A DNA stretch of 64,000 nucleotides. Source: a virus. The notes beneath the pieces are model-generated. The model was given only the letters and a program-made list of their open reading frames with translations, did no database searches and had not been told where the DNA came from. This document shows positions 9,876 to 18,853 of the stretch, one piece after another. Every line of letters begins with the position of its first letter. Positions within the stretch are counted from its first letter, which is position 1. The stretch lies in UHGV virus genome UHGV-1366123; one strand, 5' to 3'. The position numbers were made by a program, and so were the translations under genes.

Positions 9876-10135
9876 AAATCGATGAACTCGTAGATAAGCA
9901 GGATCTGAAGATAAAGCACATCTCTGGTGAATATCTTCACTATACGAACCACTCGATAGATGATGTCGTTTATGCTATCTTATCGAAAGGTAGGAAATCG
10001 ATGAAGTTCAACGATATCGTGAAAGTGTTCGGTGAAGAGAAACGTGATCAACTTTGGTCTCTTGTGGACGATATGGTCTCGCTTGATTATGCTTCCGTTA
10101 TAGGCGAAGAAGACAAGACGATTTCTCTCTTATAA
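9872..10135 (+). CDS. hypothetical protein
   Basis: ORF overlapping recombinase stop (ATGA). Confidence 0.4.
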   Translation: MKIDELVDKQDLKIKHISGEYLHYTNHSIDDVVYAILSKGRKSMKFNDIVKVFGEEKRDQLWSLVDDMVSLDYASVIGEEDKTISLL

Positions 10136-10140
10136 AGAAT

Positions 10141-10180
10141 GTGGGGGCTTTTCTGGAAATAAAAAGCAGAAAGCCCCCAC
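10141..10180 (+). terminator. Stem-loop (14-bp stem GTGGGGGCTTTCTG/CAGAAAGCCCCCAC)
   Basis: seen in sequence; no strong U-tract. Confidence 0.45.
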
Positions 10181-10209
10181 TAACTATCTTCAAAAATTAC
10201 AACAAGAAA

Positions 10210-11607
10210 ATGGCTGTTGGATTTGGTCAGAACTTTGAGAACATAGCTTACGTTTACATAAACTCACAACCTCACCTTTGGAAATCTGTTGATCATGAGT
10301 TCTTCAAATCTCCAACTCTGAAGGCACTATCAAAGCTCACCAAACAATTCTACGAAAGATTCCACGAGCAGATATTCTCTCCCGAAAATCCAAGTGTAGA
10401 GCAGATCGAATATCTCGTAATGGAAGACAAAAAGTCGTTTATGATTGACTTGAACATGTCAGAGGACGACAATGCGAAGACTTTCATTGCGAACGCATCA
10501 TACATCATCAAGACAAACATAAAAGCATTCTCTGAGGAATGGCTTGACGAGACTGTTGGTGCATGGATAATGTGGCAAAACAACCAGCGAGCATATAAAG
10601 AATCAATCTCTTATATGCAGACACAGAATATCACACCCGAGAATGTAAAGGAAGTGATCTCCAAAGCACGAGAGATTGTGGTCAGAGGTTCATCTCTATC
10701 GTTTGGTGATGAGGAGGTCTTTGACTTCTATGATCCTCAATCTCACAAGCAGATTTCCGTGGAAGACTACATCGACACTGGCTACGAGATGCTCAACCAG
10801 ATGCTCACGGAAGACAGACATAACGGATTCATACCTGGTACTCTCAACATGTTCATGGGTTCTACAAACTCTGGGAAATCGGTGATCCTTGGTAATCTTG
10901 CACTCAACATTTCAAGATCGGGTAAAAACGTGTTGTTTGTATCTGTGGAAATGTCAATCCCAAGAACTTTCCGACGAATCGGCTCTAACGCTTTTGACAT
11001 TCCAATATCGGAATATGACACGTTCTCAAACGACGACGCACTTCTATCAGAATCTATACAAAAGTTCAGAGCAAAGAACATGAACATTGGTGTACCACCA
11101 GGCAAGTTCCTCGCCTTGAAGTTCCCAAAGACTGGTGTCTCAAACATTTATGGAACTGCAAAGCGACTGGAAGAGAAGCATGGGATAAAGTGGCATGCAA
11201 TCGTAATTGACTATTTCACGGAACTACAAAACGATCACGGCACGGCACAAGATAAAACGTATCAATACCACAAGCAAAATGCTGATGATCTCTACCAAAT
11301 GGCTTCAGAGACGAATTGGTGTGTGATAACTGCCCATCAGTTAAATCGAGGTGCTTTGAACATGTCCGATATGACACTTTCATCTGTTGCTGAATCTTAC
11401 GGTATTGTTTACAGATGCGATAGTGTTATCGGGATGATTGCCACTGAGAAGATGCAGGTCGAACACACGATGTACATGAAGAATCTGAAATGTCGTGATT
11501 CGAAATACAAGAACTTCTTCGCAAAGTTTGATACAGAATTCTCAAAGATGAGAATCATAGAAACTGGGGAACTCATAAGCCCAGAAGATTATCAGATCTT
11601 CACATAG
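10210..11607 (+). CDS. Replicative DnaB/gp41-family helicase
   Basis: C-terminal RecA-like domain with Walker A GSTNSGKS and Walker B IVIDYF; start moved to ATG 10210 because the annotated GTG start lies inside a hairpin. Confidence 0.65.
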   Translation: MAVGFGQNFENIAYVYINSQPHLWKSVDHEFFKSPTLKALSKLTKQFYERFHEQIFSPENPSVEQIEYLVMEDKKSFMIDLNMSEDDNAKTFIANASYIIKTNIKAFSEEWLDETVGAWIMWQNNQRAYKESISYMQTQNITPENVKEVISKAREIVVRGSSLSFGDEEVFDFYDPQSHKQISVEDYIDTGYEMLNQMLTEDRHNGFIPGTLNMFMGSTNSGKSVILGNLALNISRSGKNVLFVSVEMSIPRTFRRIGSNAFDIPISEYDTFSNDDALLSESIQKFRAKNMNIGVPPGKFLALKFPKTGVSNIYGTAKRLEEKHGIKWHAIVIDYFTELQNDHGTAQDKTYQYHKQNADDLYQMASETNWCVITAHQLNRGALNMSDMTLSSVAESYGIVYRCDSVIGMIATEKMQVEHTMYMKNLKCRDSKYKNFFAKFDTEFSKMRIIETGELISPEDYQIFT

Positions 11608-11705
11608 GTCTCCGAACTCAAGGAAGGTACTTTCCTTGCACTCTGATGGTATTGGTGGTACTTACATAGCATCGAAGGCAAGAAAGCCCAAGGAAAAGGC
11701 AAAGA

Positions 11706-11750
11706 GAAAGCCCAACAACTTCTATCAAGTTGTTGGGCTTTCTCGTTATT
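11706..11750. terminator. Bidirectional terminator hairpin between convergent genes (14-bp stem)
   Basis: GAAAGCCCAACAAC/GTTGTTGGGCTTTC. Confidence 0.6.
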
Positions 11751-11780
11751 AATCAATGATTATTGGTTGATGGATGGTTT

Positions 11781-13127
11781 TTATTTCCCACTTCCTTCTT
11801 CTTCATCGTCTCCTTTCCAAAAGTCACGTTTTACACACTTTAGTCGTGTATAAAAACCTCTATCAGACCTGTAAACGTAAGAAAGATCATCAGAGACGTA
11901 TTGGCCAGATAGCATGTTGTCGAATCTGATCCCTTCTTCTCTGTCTCCTGCTCTGTCTCTCTCTTCTCTTTCTCTTTGGATAAAAATTGGGATCTGTTGA
12001 CATACACGAACGTAGTTGTTTATGTCCATCAAGTGACACTCAAGACCAAATCGTGAAGATGACTTTCTTTGTAGGAGGTTTGACATCTTTGAGAAGTAAT
12101 AGTTCTTGTGAACATTTTCGGAATATTGCTCGATGAAGTTCACTGATTTATGAACCGTTCGATCGGTGAGTTTGTGGCTATCACCTTCAGTTTCCAAGCT
12201 CTTTTGGAAGAACTCTTTATATTCCGAGGAATCGTGATCATAATAATGACAGCTTATTTTGTTACCGTCTTCTGTCATATCTCCGATAGAGTTCACAACA
12301 CGATAATACGAGATTCCGTTCTCTGTCAAGAGCTTTATGTTAGCATTTGACAAGAAGAATGGTGTCATCTCAGATTTTTCCTCATCACTCGTATCGAAAT
12401 CACGATCACCATACTTCAGTGATTCTCTTACTTTTCGAAGATCGATATCAATATCAAAAAGCTCGTTGACCTCGACAACATTTAAGTAGTAATACTGATC
12501 AACAAAAACTCTGAAGAAAGATTTATCGTCTTTGTACATTGAAGGTATGAGATCAGTCTGCAGGAACTCTTGAATGGTGATGTTCGGACAGATCCTCGTC
12601 ATCACGTCATCAGTTTTCGTGTCGTTTGATGCAAATCCAAGACCGAACATTTTTGCAATATCTTGAAGTGTATCAAACGAAGATTTCTTCCCGAACGATT
12701 TCACAAGATCATGGTGGAAATCTTCTATTTCAAGAATACCAAAGATCGTGATTCTCGCATTTTCTGATCCAGATGAAGATGACGAGTTTATGATTCTGAA
12801 GTTCTGTCTTATTGGTTTGAAGTCTTTGTTATCGGAACGAATGAACAACTTTAATACATCATCTGTCAGAGTTCCATAATATCTCATCACCCCGAAAGTG
12901 TCTTGGAGAGTACAAGAAATCGTAGGTAAAAAAGACTTACCAATTGAAAGTTCAAAGCTCTCAATTGAACCGTGGTCAAATTGGAATCCATTGATATCAA
13001 TAAACGGAGCGTATCTACCGACACGCTTCTTTGTTTCTACTGGGATATCCTTGATATCTGGGATTTTTATATCACCATGCTTCTGGATATCAATGGAAGG
13101 ATCAAAAATAACGACTACTTCTTTCAT
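11781..13127 (-). CDS. hypothetical protein (448 aa), co-oriented with the downstream WYL-like gene
   Basis: ORF; 4-nt overlap with upstream gene; acidic C-terminus. Confidence 0.5.
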   Translation of the reverse strand: MKEVVVIFDPSIDIQKHGDIKIPDIKDIPVETKKRVGRYAPFIDINGFQFDHGSIESFELSIGKSFLPTISCTLQDTFGVMRYYGTLTDDVLKLFIRSDNKDFKPIRQNFRIINSSSSSGSENARITIFGILEIEDFHHDLVKSFGKKSSFDTLQDIAKMFGLGFASNDTKTDDVMTRICPNITIQEFLQTDLIPSMYKDDKSFFRVFVDQYYYLNVVEVNELFDIDIDLRKVRESLKYGDRDFDTSDEEKSEMTPFFLSNANIKLLTENGISYYRVVNSIGDMTEDGNKISCHYYDHDSSEYKEFFQKSLETEGDSHKLTDRTVHKSVNFIEQYSENVHKNYYFSKMSNLLQRKSSSRFGLECHLMDINNYVRVCQQIPIFIQREREERDRAGDREEGIRFDNMLSGQYVSDDLSYVYRSDRGFYTRLKCVKRDFWKGDDEEEGSGK

Positions 13128-13588
13128 CTCTTCTCACCCTTGAATTCGCTCTTGGGAATCTGTTCGATTATGGTCGACATTGCGATATCGGTCGTACCGT
13201 TATAACCTTTACGGAAGTATGAGAACTTTCGACGATGAACGTACATGTTCGACATAGAATCGACCCTATAAAGTCTCCAGCCCGATTCGGCAGACCATTC
13301 ACGTCTCCCACGTCTTCCAGATTTTGAAACAGATCGAATCTTCACTTTTCCTCGGAGGTTATCTTCTTTGTCTGTCGATGCCACCATCCACGCACGGAGA
13401 TATTGACGAATCTTGCCGTCGACAACTGAATAACCATAACAATAGGGTTCTACAAATCTGGGACCTGGGAGCACACCGTCGTCATCTCGAGAATAGTAGA
13501 ATTGTACGTAGTATCTTTGCCGTATAGCAGATTGTAGAACACTTCCGTTTATCTCTCCAATCCCCTCAAAGATCTTCAATTTCTTCAT
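13124..13588 (-). CDS. WYL-domain-like protein (stand-alone, no HTH)
   Basis: Blocks R-R-YYV-F-Y ... PRFVEPYCYGYS ... YLRAWMVAS ... WRLYRVDSMSNM fit the WYL-domain conserved pattern. Confidence 0.45.
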   Translation of the reverse strand: MKKLKIFEGIGEINGSVLQSAIRQRYYVQFYYSRDDDGVLPGPRFVEPYCYGYSVVDGKIRQYLRAWMVASTDKEDNLRGKVKIRSVSKSGRRGRREWSAESGWRLYRVDSMSNMYVHRRKFSYFRKGYNGTTDIAMSTIIEQIPKSEFKGEKR

Positions 13589-13604
13589 ACCTGTCGAATA
13601 TACA

Positions 13605-13616
13605 TTTCGTTATTTA
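13605..13616 (-). promoter_or_regulatory. Putative late promoter TAAATAACGAAA (minus strand, drives WYL-like gene)
   Basis: recurring 12-mer, 16 nt upstream of ATG. Confidence 0.5.
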
Positions 13617-13650
13617 CAAATGTTTCCGAAATACGGTCAGAACGAAACTC

Positions 13651-13662
13651 TAAATAACGAAA
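13651..13662 (+). promoter_or_regulatory. Putative late promoter TAAATAACGAAA (divergent partner, drives 13672 gene)
   Basis: recurring 12-mer 9 nt upstream of ATG. Confidence 0.5.
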
Positions 13663-13671
13663 CTCGTTCTG

Positions 13672-15252
13672 ATGAATATCAAGAAACTATACGACAATAT
13701 AGCCGACGGCAATCTTACAACAGGTATTGTCGATGATCTCTTATGGAAAGATGCAGAGAGGATCAAGACTGGGAAAGACAGACCACAAGACCTTGATTCA
13801 CTGCTGGAGATGTACTCAAAGTGGTATCTTTCGAAGAAATCACTGATCAGAATCGAAGATCCAACATTCCTCTCTTTTAAGATAATCATCGATTGGACAT
13901 CACCACTTTTTAGGAACAACGACAAGCGTGTTCAAGTGAGGAAAGAGAAAATGGGAGGTGGTGAAAGTCTGTCGTATTACTTAGAATCGGTAAACCAGAC
14001 TTGGAGAAAGGAAAAACTTCTGAGTTTCCAAGGAAAGATGCGAGAACTGATGACCAATCGATTCCACTACATGAAGTCAATGGATGGTCTTGGAAGTTTT
14101 TGGAAGATACAGCCAAAAGTCGCATTTCTCCCACAAGAGATAACGATTAGCACGATAGAATCGATGGACATGTTCATATCTTCGATGGCAGATGACTATC
14201 TTCATGCAACGTACGACTATCAGAACATGAAGAATGTTGCACCGATCAATCTTCGACGGTTTGATATGATTATTGTTATCCACGAAGTCAGAAATATAAA
14301 GTCGCTCCTCTCTAACTATTTCAATAATGATGAGAAGTACAAGAAGACAATGGAAGAACATGGCGGTGAATCTGAGAGATTCATAAAAGACAAAGATGGG
14401 ATGGTCTTCCTCAATCCTTACCTCGGAACTCATGCCTACAAGTTCACAGATTGTGAGTTCGACTTTTCAGAAACTTTCTCCTATCTTTCCAGTGTCTCCA
14501 ATGAAGGAGGTAAAGAAGTGTCCACAAAGTTCAAGATATCGCTTGGTCGTATGGACTTCAGATATCACGACCTTGATGTCTTCTCAGAATCGGCAAGAAA
14601 GAAGAGATTCCTTGAGGAAGTAGAACCACACGTTTATCAGAGATCAGACAAACAATCTGAAATCTCGAGAGAGGTCAGAAGATTTACCGTCGGTGGAGAA
14701 AAATCTTCATCTTCGGGGATTGGTGATATTCTCAAGAAGGTAGCAATTGAAGAAGCTCGCAAAACATCAGAAGCTATTACAAGAGCAATTGATAATCAGA
14801 TCAAGGGGACTGTTTCACATGCAACAAAAGCTCTGAAGAAGAAGCTTGATGAACTTGAGACCGAGTTCAGACCTTCCAACGTTGCAGGAAGATTCGCAAA
14901 CAAACAAGCAAAGAAAGCAGGTGACTCGGCAAAACGTGCAATCGATAAAGTAGAATCGGGAGCAGATACCGCAATTTCGAAGTTGAAGGCTTTTATGGGT
15001 GACACAGGTAGTGCAGGGAATGATAGTGAACAAGGTGGGCAGATCATCAAGAGCCATAACGATCAGTTCGGCACATCAAAGGAAGAGACTGCAAAAGCAC
15101 TGAAGTCGATAAAGGAGAGTTCCGAATTCGAATTCCCAAGACACCAAGAAGATGATACTCGTGAACAGCTCCGTGAAATAATAACCGAGAATAAATCGAA
15201 GTTTGAATATGTTCGATCTGTTCTTGAAGAATCGATGAGACAAAATGGATAA
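13672..15252 (+). CDS. hypothetical late protein with C-terminal coiled-coil
   Basis: late-promoter motif upstream; KAxxxA heptad-like region. Confidence 0.5.
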   Translation: MNIKKLYDNIADGNLTTGIVDDLLWKDAERIKTGKDRPQDLDSLLEMYSKWYLSKKSLIRIEDPTFLSFKIIIDWTSPLFRNNDKRVQVRKEKMGGGESLSYYLESVNQTWRKEKLLSFQGKMRELMTNRFHYMKSMDGLGSFWKIQPKVAFLPQEITISTIESMDMFISSMADDYLHATYDYQNMKNVAPINLRRFDMIIVIHEVRNIKSLLSNYFNNDEKYKKTMEEHGGESERFIKDKDGMVFLNPYLGTHAYKFTDCEFDFSETFSYLSSVSNEGGKEVSTKFKISLGRMDFRYHDLDVFSESARKKRFLEEVEPHVYQRSDKQSEISREVRRFTVGGEKSSSSGIGDILKKVAIEEARKTSEAITRAIDNQIKGTVSHATKALKKKLDELETEFRPSNVAGRFANKQAKKAGDSAKRAIDKVESGADTAISKLKAFMGDTGSAGNDSEQGGQIIKSHNDQFGTSKEETAKALKSIKESSEFEFPRHQEDDTREQLREIITENKSKFEYVRSVLEESMRQNG

Positions 15253-15478
15253 CTACAAGGTACTTCATAGAAGAAAGACAAAGCTGAAGAATCTCGGGTA
15301 CGATTATCGAGGAAAGATCATGCAAAGATCGCTTTCGTCGATAATCTACCTTAATGAAAACGTCGAAGGATTCTTGGGGTATATCGAAGACATAATGACG
15401 CATCTGGTCTATTCAGTGAAATCTATCAAGAAGAGAGTGAACTTCCTTGTCGATAAAGATGAAGACCACATCAATTAA
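15245..15478 (+). CDS. hypothetical small protein
   Basis: ORF fills the gap between neighbours, overlapping starts and stops. Confidence 0.3.
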   Translation: MDNYKVLHRRKTKLKNLGYDYRGKIMQRSLSSIIYLNENVEGFLGYIEDIMTHLVYSVKSIKKRVNFLVDKDEDHIN

Positions 15479-16865
15479 AGACATCCTCGGTGAGGATCTT
15501 TTCAAGGAATATGAACGTGTGATGAGGAGCACGGCAGAAGTCGACATGTGTAAGATACACTTCGATGAGATTCCTGCATGTCCTCTGGAAGGATGTCACT
15601 TGACGATACCTTCCGACATAAAGCCTGTGATTGACAAGTCGTTATTAGACGCTGTCGACAAACTCACAAAGCAAGAAGAACCACCATTTTCAATTGATGA
15701 ATGTTTGTCTTCGATTAGTTCTACTATAAGTAACGTATCTACAAGAGTAGAGAAAGATAAAGGAACAATTCGAAGAATACTTGAACTTTCCAAAGATCTG
15801 TCTTTGATTTATGCTTGCTCTTTTATCCACGAGAAATCTTTAAAAGATAGATCGAAGATAACTGGTCTTGAAGCGGGTATCCCTTCGAGAGTTTATGATG
15901 TGATTAAAAATGCCCATCAAAAATCATCATCACCAATAGAGAGAGTTGAAGATCTCTCTCGAAAACTCAACTTTGAGAGTTTGGAGAAACTTCTCGAATC
16001 TCTTGATTATGCTCTTCGTATATTCAACAATTGTACAAACAGCAAGAGGAAGTACGATTCGAAGAATGCGATAAAGATCTTCGGGAAGAAGGATGGTAAA
16101 AAACTGAAGTCGAGAATCTTCCATCAGTCTTACGTAGAACACTTCATTATAGACTTTTGTAACAAGTTCGTAGTTTTCGATACAGAACTCAAAGAGAAAC
16201 AGATCGTGGATGATCTTCGAGCGGTGAAATGTGTAATACAGTCAATGATCGGTGACGAAGGTGTTAAAGATCAATCGAACATCAACACTAACACTAATCA
16301 AGATGCTGATATGTCTTTACGTGAAATCTCCAGAAATCCAAAGGCTTATGACATCACAAAGCCTGCATATTGGAGAAAGTTCACGAGTTTCTTGAACATT
16401 GTCTCGGTGATCCCTACGTATTGGACAACTGGTATAATCCTTCCACCTTCCACACCTATCAAGCTTCCGATCATCCACAAGTTCATGGTGGTCATTCCTG
16501 CAGTCATAATTGGGAAGATCTTCGTGATATGGCTAACTATCAATGGTGTTGTGGTTTTCCCCACGATGCTTGAAATAGACCTTAATCGAAAAGTCTCGTC
16601 CACATGGAGGATTCTCTTCCGTGGAGGATCTGTGAAGATAAAAGACAATGGAGGATCGATTGTTATAAACACAAACTTAAAGACGGAGACGGAAAATGGA
16701 GGATCTGCAATAGTCGACACGAATCCTTCCGAATTCCAATCTCTTGCTATACAATCTGACGATTTCCCACCTTTTGAGAGAATGGGAATGAATAATTTAC
16801 AATTCATAGCTTTCCTCAACGAAATGATGAGGAAGCAAGTGCCTTATATGGGCTTCCCTGTGTAG
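15447..16865 (+). CDS. hypothetical membrane-associated protein
   Basis: two hydrophobic segments in the C-terminal third (IPTYWTTGIILPP..., FMVVIPAVIIGKIFVIWLTINGVVVF). Confidence 0.5.
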   Translation: MSIKMKTTSIKDILGEDLFKEYERVMRSTAEVDMCKIHFDEIPACPLEGCHLTIPSDIKPVIDKSLLDAVDKLTKQEEPPFSIDECLSSISSTISNVSTRVEKDKGTIRRILELSKDLSLIYACSFIHEKSLKDRSKITGLEAGIPSRVYDVIKNAHQKSSSPIERVEDLSRKLNFESLEKLLESLDYALRIFNNCTNSKRKYDSKNAIKIFGKKDGKKLKSRIFHQSYVEHFIIDFCNKFVVFDTELKEKQIVDDLRAVKCVIQSMIGDEGVKDQSNINTNTNQDADMSLREISRNPKAYDITKPAYWRKFTSFLNIVSVIPTYWTTGIILPPSTPIKLPIIHKFMVVIPAVIIGKIFVIWLTINGVVVFPTMLEIDLNRKVSSTWRILFRGGSVKIKDNGGSIVINTNLKTETENGGSAIVDTNPSEFQSLAIQSDDFPPFERMGMNNLQFIAFLNEMMRKQVPYMGFPV

Positions 16866-16883
16866 TTAGAAAGAAAACAGAAG

Positions 16884-17360
16884 ATGCTTCAAAATCCTAA
16901 TCCGAATAACGTCAGAGGTTATAAACAAGGTTACTACATTCCAATCAATAAGGACAAGTTTGTTGGTCATTTGAATAAAGAAGGTGTTCCGTACAGATCA
17001 TCTTTGGAACTCAAGTTCATGAGACTTATTGATTCGAATCCGAATGTAGAAAAGTGGACATACGAACACCCCGACACAAAGATCTCATATTTCGATCCAA
17101 TGATGCAAAAACAGAGGACTTATTACCCAGATTTTTGGATGCAGATGAGAGTGAAGGGAGAACTTAAAACGTTCCTCATAGAAGTAAAACCCTACTCTCA
17201 AACCCAGATTCCGAAGAAATCTACAAGGAAATCGAAATCGACATATAGTAGAGAACTACAGACAAATCTGAATGTTGAAGTAAAGAGAAGATCTGCAGAA
17301 AAGTTCTGTGCAGAGAGAGGTTGGAAATATCTCTTTGTGACAGAGAAGTTCTTCAAGTGA
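16884..17360 (+). CDS. Head completion protein (T4 gp4-like, nuclease-like fold)
   Basis: SSLELKFMRLIDSNPNVEKW ... YYPDF ... LIEVKP ... AEKFCAERGW aligns block-for-block with T4 gp4. Confidence 0.65.
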   Translation: MLQNPNPNNVRGYKQGYYIPINKDKFVGHLNKEGVPYRSSLELKFMRLIDSNPNVEKWTYEHPDTKISYFDPMMQKQRTYYPDFWMQMRVKGELKTFLIEVKPYSQTQIPKKSTRKSKSTYSRELQTNLNVEVKRRSAEKFCAERGWKYLFVTEKFFK

Positions 17361-17386
17361 AGGATACCTCTTCTGATTAAAGAGAG

Positions 17387-17470
17387 GTACTTTCCTTGAG
17401 CTTGGAGGTACTTGGAGGTACTTTCACCCCACCGATAATTCTCGAATGCAAGGAAAGTACCTCTCTTTAA
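17387..17470. repeat. MITE-like hairpin element, 22-bp perfect TIRs TTAAAGAGAGGTACTTTCCTTG / CAAGGAAAGTACCTCTCTTTAA
   Basis: seen in sequence; family recurs at 10 or more loci. Confidence 0.7.
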
Positions 17471-17527
17471 TTCGACAAACCAGAATAACTTCGAAGGTTG
17501 ATCTAAAGACAATCCCGATATACAGAA

Positions 17528-17563
17528 AAGGCGACAACTCTCTAAATCGAGTTGTCGCCTTTT
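17528..17563. terminator. Bidirectional terminator (13-bp stem AAGGCGACAACTC/GAGTTGTCGCCTT plus U-tracts on both strands)
   Basis: seen in sequence. Confidence 0.65.
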
Positions 17564-17708
17564 CAACAACAAAAAGTGGTATCACATACGATGTTGTCCC
17601 TCATTGATTCGAACAAAGACTAACAGAGCCAAGGTCTGTTGTGCTACCATTACACCAAAGGACAATTCGAATGTCCCTCCGCCGTCTACTACGTTCAAGG
17701 GACTGATG

Positions 17709-17783
17709 GGTGATGGATGGGACTTGAACCCACAACCAATAGAACCACAACCTATTGCTCTAACCAATTTGAGCTACCATCAC
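17709..17783 (-). tRNA. tRNA-His (anticodon GTG)
   Basis: Hand fold: acceptor GTGATGG/CCATCAC, D stem GCTC/GAGC, anticodon stem ATAGG/TCTAT, loop TTGTGGT, T arm GTGGG-TTCAAGT-CCCAT. Confidence 0.7.
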
Positions 17784-17871
17784 AGACGTAGTGAGAGGTT
17801 TCGCTCCTCTGAATATCTTCATCAAGAAGCACTACGTTTGATAAAAAGGTGGCGAGTTGTCCATACTCTTC

Positions 17872-17944
17872 TCAGTCTGGTAGGATTCGAACCTACATCA
17901 TCTAAGAACCACCTTATAGGAATTTCCGATTATTCTACAGACTG
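17872..17944 (-). tRNA. tRNA-like sequence with canonical acceptor, D and T arms but a non-canonical anticodon arm (probable pseudo-tRNA)
   Basis: T arm GTAGG-TTCGAAT-CCTAC, acceptor CAGTCTG/CAGACTG, D stem GAAT/ATTC; no 5-bp stem with 7-nt loop can be drawn in the anticodon region. Confidence 0.4.
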
Positions 17945-18310
17945 AACAACAAACGATAATGAAGATTCAAAATGCTGAATATCTGCAAATCGGAAACTAT
18001 GATTGATTCATCTTTTAGACAGCTATGGACAATACCGAATGGGGTATCAAACCAGTAACTTGAAGATTTTTATAGATTGCTGTAAGTCCATAATCTAAAA
18101 GACGTTTTTTCTATCTTTTTCGTCGAAATCTTTACTGCAGACGTTATCTATGAGCCAATTATGAAGATTCTGTTTGCTGTGTGTCTACAGATCCCGACAT
18201 TAAGAATTCTTTAAAAGAACGCTTTGTGAATGATGACTTCCCAGTGGACTACGTAGTTTTAGGAGCAATTGCATAGTAATTTGCTGTGAATCCAATAGAT
18301 CATCATTTTG

Positions 18311-18395
18311 AGGAAGAACAGGGATTCGAACCCTGGGAACCTTGCAGTTCAACGGTTTTCAAGACCGTCGCAATCGACCACTCTGCCACTCTTCC
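18311..18395 (-). tRNA. tRNA-Ser (anticodon TGA), class II with long variable arm
   Basis: Hand fold: acceptor GGAAGAG/TTCTTCC, anticodon stem ACGGT/ACCGT, loop CTTGAAA, long variable arm, T arm AGGG-TTCGAAT-CCCT. Confidence 0.7.
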
Positions 18396-18740
18396 AATAT
18401 TGAGAAAACGATGGAAATCAGACTTACACTATAATCCCGAAACGTCACGATCTCGATCATCCAACCCCGTGGAAATCAGTACCACTTAGAGATTTAGCTT
18501 TAGAAAGTTGGACGACTTTCATCGATTTTCTCAAGCACCTTTTTTGTTGACAACCAGCAACTTAGGAGATAACACCCATTAGAGCAATGACCTTCCCATA
18601 TTCATAGGTCTTCTCTGGATAGAGTTGATGTTCAATATTGCGATGCCTTCTCAAAATCCCAACCCTATGAAAGACTTCTCAAAGACAACCGTTGTATATC
18701 GTTTCAAACGGTACTAAGTCGCTTTTTCTTTTTATTTTTG

Positions 18741-18810
18741 CGAAGAGAAGAGGGATCGAACCTCTCTGATCTTTATGGCTAGATCATCAGACCTTTTTCT
18801 GAATCTCTTC
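18741..18810 (-). tRNA. Atypical tRNA-like: canonical acceptor, D and T arms but an 8-nt anticodon loop AGCCATAA (contains CAU) on a 6-bp stem and a 1-nt variable region
   Basis: Acceptor GAAGAGA/TCTCTTC, T arm AGAGG-TTCGATC-CCTCT; anticodon arm TGATCT-AGCCATAA-AGATCA. Confidence 0.4.
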
Positions 18811-18853
18811 ATAAGTCTTATTATTTGATCTTCTTATCGGTTTCGTTTCTTTT

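Noticed and set aside
10141-10209. Annotated GTG start giving the helicase a 23-aa N-terminal extension
   Set aside because: Those codons coincide with a 14-bp-stem hairpin that belongs to the upstream intergenic terminator. The ATG at 10210 gives a sensible start.
18741-18810. Stop-codon recoding by a suppressor tRNA
   Set aside because: An alternative fold gives a CUA (amber) anticodon only by accepting a mismatched stem and a 7-nt variable loop. All large late genes in the window (capsid, the 1248-aa and 1260-aa proteins) are intact in the standard code, so there is no sign of recoding. Kept only as a tRNA oddity.
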